This document shows positions 1 to 12,299 of a stretch of 64,000 nt of DNA, piece by piece. The translations under genes and the position numbers were made by a program. The notes under the pieces are model-generated. The model saw only the letters and a list, made by a program, of their open reading frames with translations, was not told the DNA's origin and ran no database searches. How positions within the stretch are numbered: position 1 is the stretch's first letter; each line of letters starts with the position of its first letter. The stretch is from Eledone cirrhosa (Eukaryota): assembly GCA_964016885.1 (NCBI GenBank), contig OZ024764.1:21948001-22012000 (forward strand). Reading direction: 5' to 3'.

Positions 1-559
1 AGAGGACAGCAGAGGAGGTCTTGACTTGAAAAGATTATCACTTGATACCTCGATATAACCTGTTGGTAGAAATAGTAGGGAGCTGGATCAATCGAGTACC
101 CTGACAGAGATCCCAGGGTATGTCGGTAAGATAGGGTCATATGGGGGCTAAGTTGCCAGAACAGCTAAGTACCCCGACAGAGATCACCGGGTACTTCGGT
201 AAGATCGGGTCATGTGGAGGCTAAACCGCCAGAACAGCTAAGTACCCTCACAAGAGTCATCGGGTACTTCGGTAAAGCCAGCCGCCAACAGTGACAACAA
301 CTTCGTTGTCAGCAGCCCAGCTTCTCAAACATCACAGACTGGAATAAATACTTTGCCGATAATTACTGGTAGTTTAGCTTTTATTTCGTTCGTCTACAGA
401 AGCAGTGACCCTCACTTTTACTACAGCATGTAGGATGTGGGAGGGAGACGAAAACATCACTAACTGGGGTCTCACAAATGTGACAGTTAGTTTTGAAAAT
501 ACATATACAACATACAAGATAAATGACTAGACTGAAATATATTTGATAGGGAATAAAGA

Positions 560-745
560 GTAGAATATTCTAGTCTGTGGTGTTGGAGAAGTTTGGAGGA
601 GATAGGTCCCTGACAACGAGGTTCTTGTTATCGTTGGCAGCTCTCCTTACCGAGGTGTCAGGTGATACATATGAGGGTGTTTGGTAGTTCCAACATCTTA
701 GCCTTGCTATCACTCGAGGTAAGACTGTCTCAGAAAGTATTAGAA
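560..745 (+). mobile_element. Old CRE-like 3' fragment (RLE C-terminus)
   Basis: + frame reads EKFGG...RFLLSLAALLTEVSGD..EGVW*FQHLSLAITRG; copies at ~18275, 24390, 38355 and 58248. Confidence 0.7.
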
Positions 746-1423
746 GGAGACTCCGGCACCCCATGTGATGTGAGACTGATTGACAGAGTGTTGACTTAAT
801 ATTTTCATTTGTTGTGATTCTATGTGAAATATATCTCTATGTAAGTAACTTGGTTACGTGAATCGAGTGAATCTCGTAAATACTTAAACAGAAATCTACT
901 TAGGACACAAAATAAAGCAGATTCCATTGAACAAAGTATTTAAAAGACGTATATCAAAAAGAAGGGTGGATGTAACGAGAGTTGTCTCCCCTTACGTTTA
1001 TGTTTTACTGTAGTAGAAGTATAGATGTGTTTGTCTGTCTCTCTCTCTCGGTATAAACTACCATTTGCACTGCCTCTGTTTTTTGTTCCTGTCTAATATT
1101 TAACTATATATATATATATCCATCTCTCCAAAAATGATCAATTTAATTCTCTTTAACTCACTACATTCCACGACATGAAGTCTGCTGTCAAAACTGACCA
1201 AAGAATCCTGCCACCTCTACCCCTCCCTCCATCTCAGTTTGTCACTCTACTTCCTACCTCTTCCCCCTTCCTCTCTCTCTATACTATTCCGTCTGTCCCC
1301 TCACCTTCTGATTCCTCTCTCTCTCTACTAGTAAATACAATTCCAAATAAATGTTTTTCTCTATATATTAAGAATTATGCTACAATAATTTCTATATTCT
1401 TCATTTATATATATATATATATC

Positions 1424-1592
1424 TTGAGGTTGTGAGTTCGATTCCTGGACCAGGCGATGCGTTATGACCTTGAGCAAGACACTTTATTTCACGTTGTTCC
1501 TTCTACCTGGAATTGCGACCGATAGTACTAGCAATTGGAAAGACCAATGGAAACATTGCTTCCTCGGTCCGATTTGACGAAAGTCGATCGTT
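1424..1592 (+). mobile_element. tRNA-derived SINE, 5'-truncated
   Basis: B box GAGTTCGATTCC followed by ccttgagcaagacacttt; copies at ~19351 and ~44388. Confidence 0.7.
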
Positions 1593-1620
1593 CCTTCATA
1601 TATATATATATATACACACA

Positions 1621-3204
1621 CTGTTGTACCTTGACTTATGAGTTTAATTTGTTCCGTGGAGGACCTCGTTACTTAAATTACTCGTATGTCAAATCAATTT
1701 TCCCCACTGAAATAAAATAAAAAGCCATTAATCCGTTCCAGACCCCCCAAAAAACCACAGTTTGTTTTGTTACGTGTTTTTAAATAAGAAAAATGTACTT
1801 ATAAAAGACAAATATTGTATATAAAAAACAATACAATAGAATGTACTACAATAAACTGGTTTTATTAAGTATAATGTACAGCATCTATCTTGGAGATCAG
1901 ACGACTTGAGGATGTTGACGGAGGAGAAAGGATGAACTGAATAACTGAATCTTATTCGCTGATTTTTGCCCCTTTTCGCCACGCGTTCCTCACTTTTATC
2001 TGCAGGGATTTTCAATAAAAACCTGTCTAATAAGGTTTGTTTCATCTCACTTGTTGAGATAACCTCCTCTGTGTCACTTATTTCCTGCAAAAACTCCGTG
2101 TGTTGCTGTGTCTGTAGCTCCTTTAATTCCTTCGTTGTCAGTTCCTCGGGGTGCTCCTCGATGAGCTCGTTGATGTCACCTTCATCCATGTCCAGGCCCA
2201 TGGACTTACCGAGGGGTACAATCTCCTCCACCACTGCCGCTTCGGGTTCGAGTCTTTCAAAGTCTGTTTTAGACACAACCTCAGGCCACAGCTTCTTCCA
2301 TGTAGAGGTCAAGGCCCTCTTTGTAAGACCCTGCCAGTTCATATCGATAATTCTGAGGCATATCACGATGTTATAATGGTCCTTCCAGACCTCTCAAGGG
2401 TGAAGTTTGTGCTCCCCGTCACTTCAAAGCAGCGACTGAACAGGTGCTTGGTGAAGAGCTTCTTGAAATTAGAAAGTACCTGCTGGTCCTTGGTCTGTAG
2501 GTTAGGGGTGGTGTTTGGTGGAAGGTAGAGGACCTTTATAAACTTGAACTCTTCGAGGTTAGGTGGGTGAGCAGGTGTATTGTCCAAAACAAGAAGGTTT
2601 GCAGGGGTAGGTTATTTTCCTGGAGATATTTTTTAACGTCAGGACCAAAGACCAAATTCACCCACTCCACAAAGAACTGCCTTGTGACCCATGTCCTCGG
2701 GTTTGCCCTCCACATAACCTGCAATTTTTCTTTCAGACTCTGGAATTGTCTGAATGATAAACGAGCGGCAACTTAATCTTACAGTCACCGCTCACATTGG
2801 CACAGTGCGAGGGTTAGCCTATCCTTTATGGGTTTGTGGCCAGGCATCCTCTTCTCCTCTGCCATTATATAAGTCCTCCGTGGCATCTTCTTCCAAAAAA
2901 GTTCTGTTTCATCACTCGTACTACTTCACCAAGTCCACTACACACACCTTGGTCATGTTTTTCTATAATTTCTTTCTTTAATTCAATACACATCATCTGC
3001 TTCTTCTTCTCAGAACTGTCCTTCACCCTCACTTTCTTCGAAGCCATGGGATGCTGGGCGGGTGTTATGGTACTGCCTGTGGCGGTCGCTATGCCAACTA
3101 GTGGCGGGGCATCTGAAGCTGACTCGCAACCCGAATTTTACCCTGGAACTCAACGCAAAAAATCAGCCGATTAGTTGGGACACTCGTAAATCAAGGTACC
3201 ACTG
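1621..3204 (-). mobile_element. Tigger/pogo DNA transposon remnant
   Basis: TIRs ctgttgtaccttgacttatgag / ctcgtaaatcaaggtaccactg; TIGD1-like fragments (MASKK...IELKKEIIEK, MDNTPAHP, LPPNTT, WKKLWP); frameshifted and internally deleted. Confidence 0.88.
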
Positions 3205-3205
3205 T

Positions 3206-5975
3206 ATCATCATCATCATCATCATCATTTCACGTCCGCTATTCCCTGCTCGCAAGGGTGGGACGGGTCTTATTCAGCACAGCATCTCTCCACTCATCAC
3301 GGTCCTTCGTCATCTCCACCGTGAGCTTCAACGATGTGAGGTCTGTTCTAACCACCTCCGCCCATGTTTTTCGTGGTCTACCTCGACCACGTCTTCCTTC
3401 AACTGTCATTTCCTGGCACTTCTTCACCCATCGGTCATCCTCCATGCGCATCACATGTCCATCACATGTCCATACCACCTCAGTCTTTTCCCCCGTACAC
3501 TACAGTCTATCCATCTCAGACAGTTTCTCTCTCAACACATTCATGCTGGGTCGTTCACGCACATTTACAATGCACATCCCACGGATGTCTCATTTCTGAA
3601 GTTGCTGCCCATGTCTCACTACCATGCAGCATTGCGGTGCTCACATAGGCATCATACAACCGGCCTTTCTTCGTCAGCAGAGGAAGCAGCTCCCTAAACG
3701 TCTTCCAACCCGTCCTTATTCTAGTTACTATGGCCTCGGAACACCCTCCTCCCATGCTAATCTGATCTCCTAGGTACTGGAAGCTATCCACCACTTCTAT
3801 AGCGCCTTCCTGCATTTGAAAACTGTGTCTATCAATGCGACTTCTACTGTCTAATTTCCCTGTACATCTACTGCATACGTATTTCTCCCTACCTGTTAGT
3901 TTGCCTGCTATCCCGCTACATCTCGTGTACCCAGGATCTGCATTGTGTGCATTTTATAGAATTTATGCCAGTTCCTTTTCTGCATATCGAACATGGCCAT
4001 TTCCCTAATAGAATCAGAGTTTTGTCCTCTTTTCTACTCATCAACACTTTTGTCATAGCTAGGTTCACTCTCAGTCCTCTTGCTGTTTCCAAAGCCAGAA
4101 TTTATTCTCTAGCTCCTCTACTGATTCTGCTATAAGAACAAGATCGTCAGCATAGAGAAGTTCCCATGGACAGCCAGTCTTAAACTCCTCTGTTATGACT
4201 TGGAGGACTATAATGAACAAGAGCAGACTGAGGACCGAACGTTGATGTACTCCTACTTGTACATAGCTTGCACTGTCCTCACAAGCCATTCCTCAACACC
4301 TAGCTTCCTTAGGGACCACCAGATGACAGATCGGGGTACCCTATCAAAGGTCTTCTCTAGGTCAACAAAGGCTAAGTAGAGTGGCTTATTTTTCTCTAAG
4401 AACCTCTCTTGCAATTGTCTCACCAAGAAGAGGGCATCGGTTGTACTCTTCCCAGGCACAAAACCAAACTGCATCTCATCTAGTTTGACCCTTTCTCTAA
4501 TTAGTTGTGCTAATATCCTTTCTGCCACTTTCATAACCTGATCCATCAGTTTTATACCCCTATAATTGCTCCTCTCCCTTTTACCTTTGTAGCAATTTAT
4601 GAGAATACTGCTGCACCAGTCTTTGGGTATGACACCACCATATATAGCCTGATTAATGATGTGTGCAACCAGTTTAGTGTCTACGTCCCCTGATGCCTTC
4701 AGCATCTCAGCAACTATTCGCGATGGTCCAGCAGCCTTACCATTTTTCATTTCCTTAATCGCCTCTTGGACCCTATATTCATCAATCTCAATAGCTGGTC
4801 CCTCTATCGGATCTACTAAGGGTAATTTCTCTCTCCCCCATTCGTTCTCCACATTCATCAGTCTCTCATAATGACATTTCCAGGCCTCCTCTTTCTGATC
4901 ATTCGTGACACTAAGTACACCGGCATCATCCCGGACACATTTATCTCCAACAACATCCTGATTTGCATTGACCCTGATCTTCCCGTCGCAGAACATTGGC
5001 AAACCTCCTACTCTCTGCCTCCCTGCGTGCTAAGTACACCTGACGTCTAGCTTCTCTCTTAGTGGCTGTATATTCTTCCCTACTCCCACCCTTTTTCCAA
5101 GCCTTCCATGCTAGCCTTTTGTCTCTAATGGCCTTATCTACTGTGCTGTTCCACCACCAGGTCACTCTCTGTCTGGTTGGAGCTCTGTTCCAGCCAGAAG
5201 TTTCATCAGTAGCCTGCAGTAAGTTGTCACGCAAGAAATTCCAGTTGTTATCTATGTCATACGTCTCTAAATCGTCTTCTTTTTCGTCATATACATCTTG
5301 AAGGGCTTTCCTAAATTTGTATTTTAGTTAAAGCTCTTTTAGCTTCCAGACCTTTCTTCTCCACACCTTCCTGTATGTCTCATTCCATCTTTTGCTTACT
5401 GAGATATCACTAACAACTAACCTATGCTGTGGGGTACATTCTTCCCCAGGGTATGCCTTGGTATTACACACTATCTGCCTGTCCCGCTGCCTAACTAGCA
5501 GGAAGTCAATCTGGCTTATGTGCTCGCCAGATTTGTAGGTTATTAGGTGATTGGCAGGTTTCTGGAAGTTTGTGTTGCAAATAGTCAATGTACCTGCATC
5601 ACAAAATTCAAGAAGTCTCACTCCTTCTTCATTTCTTGAGCCGTAACCGTGCCCACCATGTACCCCAGTATAACCATCCTGGAGCTGTCCAACATGACCA
5701 TTGAAGTCCCCTACTAGCATAATGATGTCTCCGTCCTCTGTCATAGGCAGAGATGATTGTCAGTAGTCTCCTGCCTACAACTAACCTAAGCTTATTCTAT
5801 TACTAACTCGAACTACCTCTATTGTCTTATTGATCCATCTCTCAGCCAGGAAAATGCCTACTCCCCCTAACCCATCATCCTTACCTACCCAGAAAAGCTT
5901 ATAGCTAAGATGTTTGCCTACGACTAGTCTCGCAGAGGCACCTCTCCATCTCACCTCTTGCACGCAGCACACATC
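3206..5975 (-). mobile_element. RTE-clade LINE, 5'-truncated and degenerate
   Basis: APE motifs (VQEVRW, VGDFNGHVG, SQIDFLL, QHRLV), RT motifs (QFGF, AFVDLEK.FD, LLYADD), GRRGRGRPRKTW C-terminus, (ATG)n tail; empty site at 46652. Confidence 0.92.
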
Positions 5976-6084
5976 TATATATATATATATTTGTGTTTGT
6001 GTGTGTATATGTATATTATAAAATTATAATATAGAAAACAGCGATCTTCTGATTACTGAAGCTGGTGCATTAGATATTTCACTG

Positions 6085-6550
6085 CCAACACTGTAAAGAG
6101 GTTGTGTAGGTGTCACAACAAAAAGTATCCAGTCCACACTGTAAAGTGGTACTGTAGGTGTCATGACATAAAGTACCCAGTACTCACTGTAAAGTGGTAC
6201 TGTAGGTGTCATGACAAAGTACTCAGTACTCACTGTAAAGTGGTCAAGTAGGAGTCACAACAGAAAGTTCCCAGTACTCACTGTAAAGTGGTACTGTAGG
6301 TATCATGACAAAAAGTTAAAAAGTACCCAGCCCACACTGTGAAGTGGTCGAGTTGGTGAGATGGTAAAATGCACCCAGTACTCAATGTAAATAAGGTTGG
6401 TGCTAGGAAGGTCATCCAGCTGTAGAAACCAAACCAAAATTGGTTCTGTAGGAGCAACACGTGGTCACCTGACCTGGCATTGCTTACAACAGGATAACTC
6501 GTCTAACCCATGCCAGCATGGAAAAAATGATGTAAAACAGTGATGATGAT
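6085..6550 (+). repeat. 48-bp minisatellite within an RTE-type 3' end
   Basis: Unit aaaaagtacccagtacacactgtaaagtggtcatgtaggtgtcacaac, followed by the ggaagg.catccagctgtag core and (GAT)n. Confidence 0.85.
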
Positions 6551-7450
6551 ATAACATTTGTTTAATAATGAATTCCAATCTCATTGTTAACAGCTATAGA
6601 TGTCAGGATGTGAACCTTCTTACTGAAATATCTTCTCCATGTTAGTGGCTGAAGAAGATTTAGAAAACTTTCACACAATAACCGTATTTCCTAACTTCTC
6701 CCCTAAAAAATACAAGACAAGCAGGGGCAGACTTTTACCTACTGAAGCCCTAAGCTATATGAAGTTAGAGGTTCTTCTCTAAAAATATATAATTATCTTT
6801 TATATTAATATTAATGATAAAGAATAAATAATATAATAAATATACCACCATAGGTGCTGAGGTGGCTAGCTGCTGGTGTGAACCTCACAAGATGGAATAG
6901 CTCTTCCAGCACATCTAGAACATGACCCCCTAATATCTAGTATTTAGTAACAAACTAGACGACCTGGGACCTGTTATGTCACGTTCCCTTAAAACTATTT
7001 TTGAAATATCATTTTAAAATAGTTTTTAAATAGTTAAAATATACACATACGTATATATATACATATATACACACACACATATTTTATTAAACACCACCAG
7101 CTCTCACTCTCTCTTCCATCTGTCTCCTCACTCTCACAACCACTATCTCTTTCTCTCCCTATATTTATCAAGGTACTCAGAAAACCCCGTATCTTGGGAA
7201 CCTGTGCTCCAATTTATACAAAACTTGTTTTATTCTTTTCAAAGTATTTCCACATTATGCACTGTTTTAGCTGTATTAAATTACAGACAAGACACGATCA
7301 CAGAGTTTTAGTAGTATATAGATAATATAGCTTCAAATTAAAGTTAGTAAACGACAGTTTGGAGAAATCTGTAACATTTATTAAACATTCTTCAAGTTTG
7401 TCAATTCTATAGCACAATAGTTTGTTAGTTAAAGTGTTTAGTTAGATGTT

Positions 7451-7817
7451 CTACATATGAAGAAGAGAGAATACTTTACCACAAATATTACAGTGGTATA
7501 ATGATTTTCCCATCTCTACTGGAAAATATTCCTATGTTGATGTAAATATTTCTATTGTTCATAATTTTATCAAATGTGATCTTTGTCAATATCCAATATT
7601 TTGAAAACTCCTTTGTAAATATCCAAAGTTTAATCAGAATGTAAGATCATCTTGTAAATATTCCAGACAGTGAAAAAGAAAAATGTTGTTATTTATCTCA
7701 ATTCAGAAGAAATATTTCACCATAATTCACCACAGACTAAACAAGTTTATATCACTTGTATGTAACATCTTTCTGTTGTCTTTAAAAGACTCTTTTCTGT
7801 CAAAGTCATGTGATATT
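7451..7817 (-). pseudogene. Decayed ZNF exon (acceptor, leader and half finger)
   Basis: 7513-7451 reads MGKSLYHCNICGKVFSLLHM*; acceptor ctatttcag|aata at 7818 is homologous to the functional acceptor at 10767; shares the leader motif atattccagacagtgaa. Confidence 0.75.
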
Positions 7818-7899
7818 CTGAAATAGTAGAGAAACATTATTAAGATATTTAGAAAATAGAGATACAACAGTGAAAACTTTACTACATCTCTATATTAAT

Positions 7900-8775
7900 A
7901 AATATAAACCTTACATGGTGACACAAACACTGCAACACTAACTTACAGGAAAACATCTAGTTACTTGTTCTAGTTACTTTAATCAGGTGAAGAGATAAAC
8001 TAGATTGACTTCATTCTCATCAGAAAACAGGATAGACAGATGGTTGGGAATATTAACTCCTTTACTGGAGAAGGACGTACCACTCAACATAGACTAGATA
8101 CTAGGTGTAATATCTAGAGGGACTGACAGATACAAGACTATCTGTAGAAAGAAGGGTTGGAGAGTAAAAGATCTCCCTGTTAAATATAAGATCTACAGGG
8201 ACGGTGAGAGAGGTACAACACCACCTAGAGAAAAGGGTAGGGACAGTAAAAGATCTCCCTGTTAAATATAAGATCTACAGGGATTGTGAGAGGTACAAGA
8301 CAACCTAGAGAAAAGGGTAGGGACAGTAAAAGATCTCCCTGTTAAATATAAGATCTACAGGGACTGTGAGAGAGGTACAAGATAACCTAAAGAAAAGGGT
8401 AGGGACAGTAAAAGATCTCCCTGTTAAATATAAGATCTGGAGGGACTGTGAGACTGGTACAAGACAACCTAGAGAAAAGGGTAGGGACAGTAAAAGATCT
8501 CCCTGTTAAATATAAATTCAGAGATGTTCTACATGATACATATGATAAGGAGGAGGAGATTGATAGCTATGACATAGAAGATATCTGGAAGTTTCTTTCA
8601 GCCAGCCTGTTGTGAACCACTGATGAGATCTGTACTTGATGTAAGCTGCCAGCCAGATGAATGTTGCCTTGGTGATGGAATAGTACAGTAGATAGAAGTT
8701 GAAATCTAAAAGACCTGAAGAGACAGGAGGGGAACAACAATATCAAATAGTTAAAATGGAAGCTAGATATTAGGC
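7900..8775 (+). mobile_element. Ancient RTE fragment (APE end and linker)
   Basis: Degenerate translation IDFIL...QHRL...KGWRVKDLPVKYKFRDVLHDTYD...IWKFL matches the RTE at 23557-24099; paralogs at ~31020-31490 and ~63660-64000. Confidence 0.65.
8166..8515. repeat. ~81-bp minisatellite downstream of ZNF copy 1
   Basis: aaagatctccctgttaaatataa recurs at ~8168, 8248, 8329, 8411 and 8493; another array starts at ~63911. Confidence 0.88.
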
Positions 8776-9170
8776 TTACAAGTTATTGATTTCTGTTGTT
8801 ATTGTTAAAATCTGTTTAATCTGTGATATGTGAGACAATGTACAGGACAATAGAATTAATATCAATGTCTGACTAGCAACAACAAAAGTTTTCATTTTAT
8901 TGGCAGGTTTAAATTACAGAAGTTCCCAACCTTTACTGAAAATACAAATATATATCTTACCTGTTAAAGTATAATAAATCAAAGTTTAATGTGAAAAACT
9001 TCAATTTACACAAAATCTTCAAACACTACTTCAAAAATGGAAACCTGGTGTTTATGATCCCTGTCCTAGGTAAAACCTACAAGGTTATCCCCAGTTTTAG
9101 CCAGGATGATGGATCTACACAATTGTTGTTGTTGTTGTAGTATGATGTAATGAGTTTGATATTGATACAG

Positions 9171-9968
<798 letters not shown>

Positions 9969-11254
9969 TCAATCACCTCAGTTTCTCACATAATTCAGTT
10001 TTAATATTTTTCTCCTCGCAATATATGGATATTTTTCTTCTTTATGTTTATAATATTATTCCTAAAACATATTCCTCCAGATATATTTCTATCAACTTTG
10101 GTCTTTCTTTATATTTAAAGATGATACAAACTGTTTTGTAGATCTCTTCAAGTTTAATATACATATAAAATCATCTTGTACATATTCCAGACAGTGAAGA
10201 ATCTAATTTTTCTGGTTTTTATTTGATTAGTTATTCCTGTAATAATGGAAATATTTCTACTCCTGTACTTCCATCAACTATCATCTTTGTCAATATATGA
10301 AGATCTTACAAAATCATGTGTAAATTTCTTCTGCTTTATTTTGTATCTTCTACATATTCCAGACAGCAAAGAATAGAAGTGTTATTGAGTTTACAAGAAA
10401 TATTTCCCAGTATTTCTCCCATAGATTTATATAAACAAGGTTGTATCTGTTCTGTATAACAGCTTCCTTTAGTCTTTAAATAATGGTGTTGATGAAACAA
10501 CTGATATAAAAGTGTTTTATCCTTTTCATACCAGTCTTTATATTTATCTAAAAACTTTCCATTATAACTTCATGAAATTGTGCAAAGTTATGTTCCAAAT
10601 AGCAGCTTAATACTGAGAAATTTAGTTATATTACTAAATCCCTTCAAAGTGTTGAGTGTTTTCAAAATTATTTGAAAATGATGGGTAGTGTCTTTCATTA
10701 GAAATGGTTAATGTTGAGGATATGTCTGATGTAACGTGCTCTTTAATGCCAATGTCCTCCGGTATTCTGAAATAATAAAAGAACATTATAAGATACTCAG
10801 AAACTTGTAATACATCAGTACAAATTTCATATAATATTTCTATATATATAAATGGACTGTAATAAATACTAAGGCCTTCCTTGGTGAAGAATGTGCTGAC
10901 TAACATAGGTTAGTTATTAGTGGCAGTAGATTAAACTGACTGATAAAAGTAGTTATTAGTGAGATTAGATTAAACTGACTGATAAAAGTAGTTATTAGTG
11001 ACATTAGATTATACTGACTGATAAAAGTAGTTATTAGTGACATTAGATTAACCCTTTAGTATTCACATTACTCTATATTTACTATTATATTTTCACAGTA
11101 AATGCTTTATCTCTCATAATGTCAAATCTGAGATTTTCATGTTATTTATTTTGAGAACAATACCTTAACATAAGTATAAGTGACCAGTTACTGCCAGTTT
11201 GAACAGAAAGATGTGGGAGAAATCTGGCCAGATATGGCCATTTTATATACTAAA

Positions 11255-11743
11255 GTGTTAAAGAAATTAGGTGTAGAAGAATGGCTTTTGAGAAGCTGTC
11301 AGTAAAGTGTGATTAGTGAGGAATTGAAGGTACAGGTAGGAGTTCATCATGGTTTAGTTCTTAGCCCACTGTTGTTCATCATAGTTCTCCAAGCCATAAC
11401 AGAGAGGTTTAAGACTGGCTGTCTATGGAAACTTCTCTATGTAGATGACCAACTATAGATATAGAATTTGAAATGGTAAGTTCTGAGAATATACTTAGCC
11501 AAAACTAAAATGGTAATGGATAGGAGAGAAGACCCTGACCCCTACAGGAAAGTGGCTCTGCTCCATATGTAGAAAAGGAATAAGTAGAGATAACCACAAT
11601 GACAGAGACCTAGTTATAATAAACCTACCAACCACCTAATAACCTACCAATCAGGTGAGCACATGAGACAGATTGACTTCTTGCTAGTTAGGGAGTAAGA
11701 CAGATAGATGGTGTCAAATACTAAGGCATACCCCAGGGAACAA
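11255..11743 (+). mobile_element. Scrambled RTE fragments in ZNF intron 1
   Basis: KLGVEEWL, QVGVHHG, LLYVDD, then APE-like QIDFLL; paralogs at ~33890-34523 and 50550-51190. Confidence 0.75.
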
Positions 11744-11750
11744 AGTAGCA

Positions 11751-12110
11751 GGAAACGACTAGATTTGTAGATAAAGAAGTGGGAGACAGGATTATCAGAG
11801 TTTAGCAGAGTTACACACTTCTCCAGTTGGCTGGGAAATAATTATCTTTCCTTAATTTTATTTCTCGACCTCTTAGATGTTTGCAATCGACTTTTCTTCC
11901 TGAAAACGGAAACCCTAACCCTAATACTGGGGAATAAAACGTCTATCGCAAGTATCTAAGGGGTCCAGAGAAAAAATACTGGAAAAGGGGTATAGCAAGA
12001 ATTCTAAGAAAAATAATTATTCTCACCCAACGTGAGGTGTGAGTAGATCTGTGAAACTACATCTCTTTGTATACTTTCACCCTACTTTTTCTACAAATCT
12101 AGTCGTTTCC
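11751..12110. mobile_element. MITE-like element
   Basis: 21-bp perfect TIR ggaaacgactagatttgtaga / tctacaaatctagtcgtttcc; partial copies at ~34531 and ~56593. Confidence 0.65.
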
Positions 12111-12299
12111 GTGAGGGTACCTGGTTATTTCAGCACCGTAGCCTCACCTTATAGAGGCGTCAGGTGATACCCGTGAGGGTACCTGGTTATTTCAGCACCT
12201 TAGCCTCACCATCACCCGTTGTAATGCTGCCAGTGTGTTGGCTTGCCTCAAAGTGTGTAGTTAACCCCTAGGGTGTGAGGTGTGGCCTATTATCACACT

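Noticed and set aside
570-764. 64-aa minus ORF conserved in four copies
   Set aside because: Antisense shadow of a CRE-like RLE fragment; conservation reflects recent segmental duplication
1175-1435. Pro/Ser-rich ORF
   Set aside because: Pyrimidine-rich low-complexity DNA, with a different end in unit 2 and absent from unit 3
10634-10906. 90-aa ORF upstream of the ZNF as an effector exon
   Set aside because: Spans the predicted acceptor, ends in a stop, has no recognisable domain, and is truncated in copy 2
11910-11925. Telomere-like ccctaaccctaa
   Set aside because: Only two units, inside a MITE
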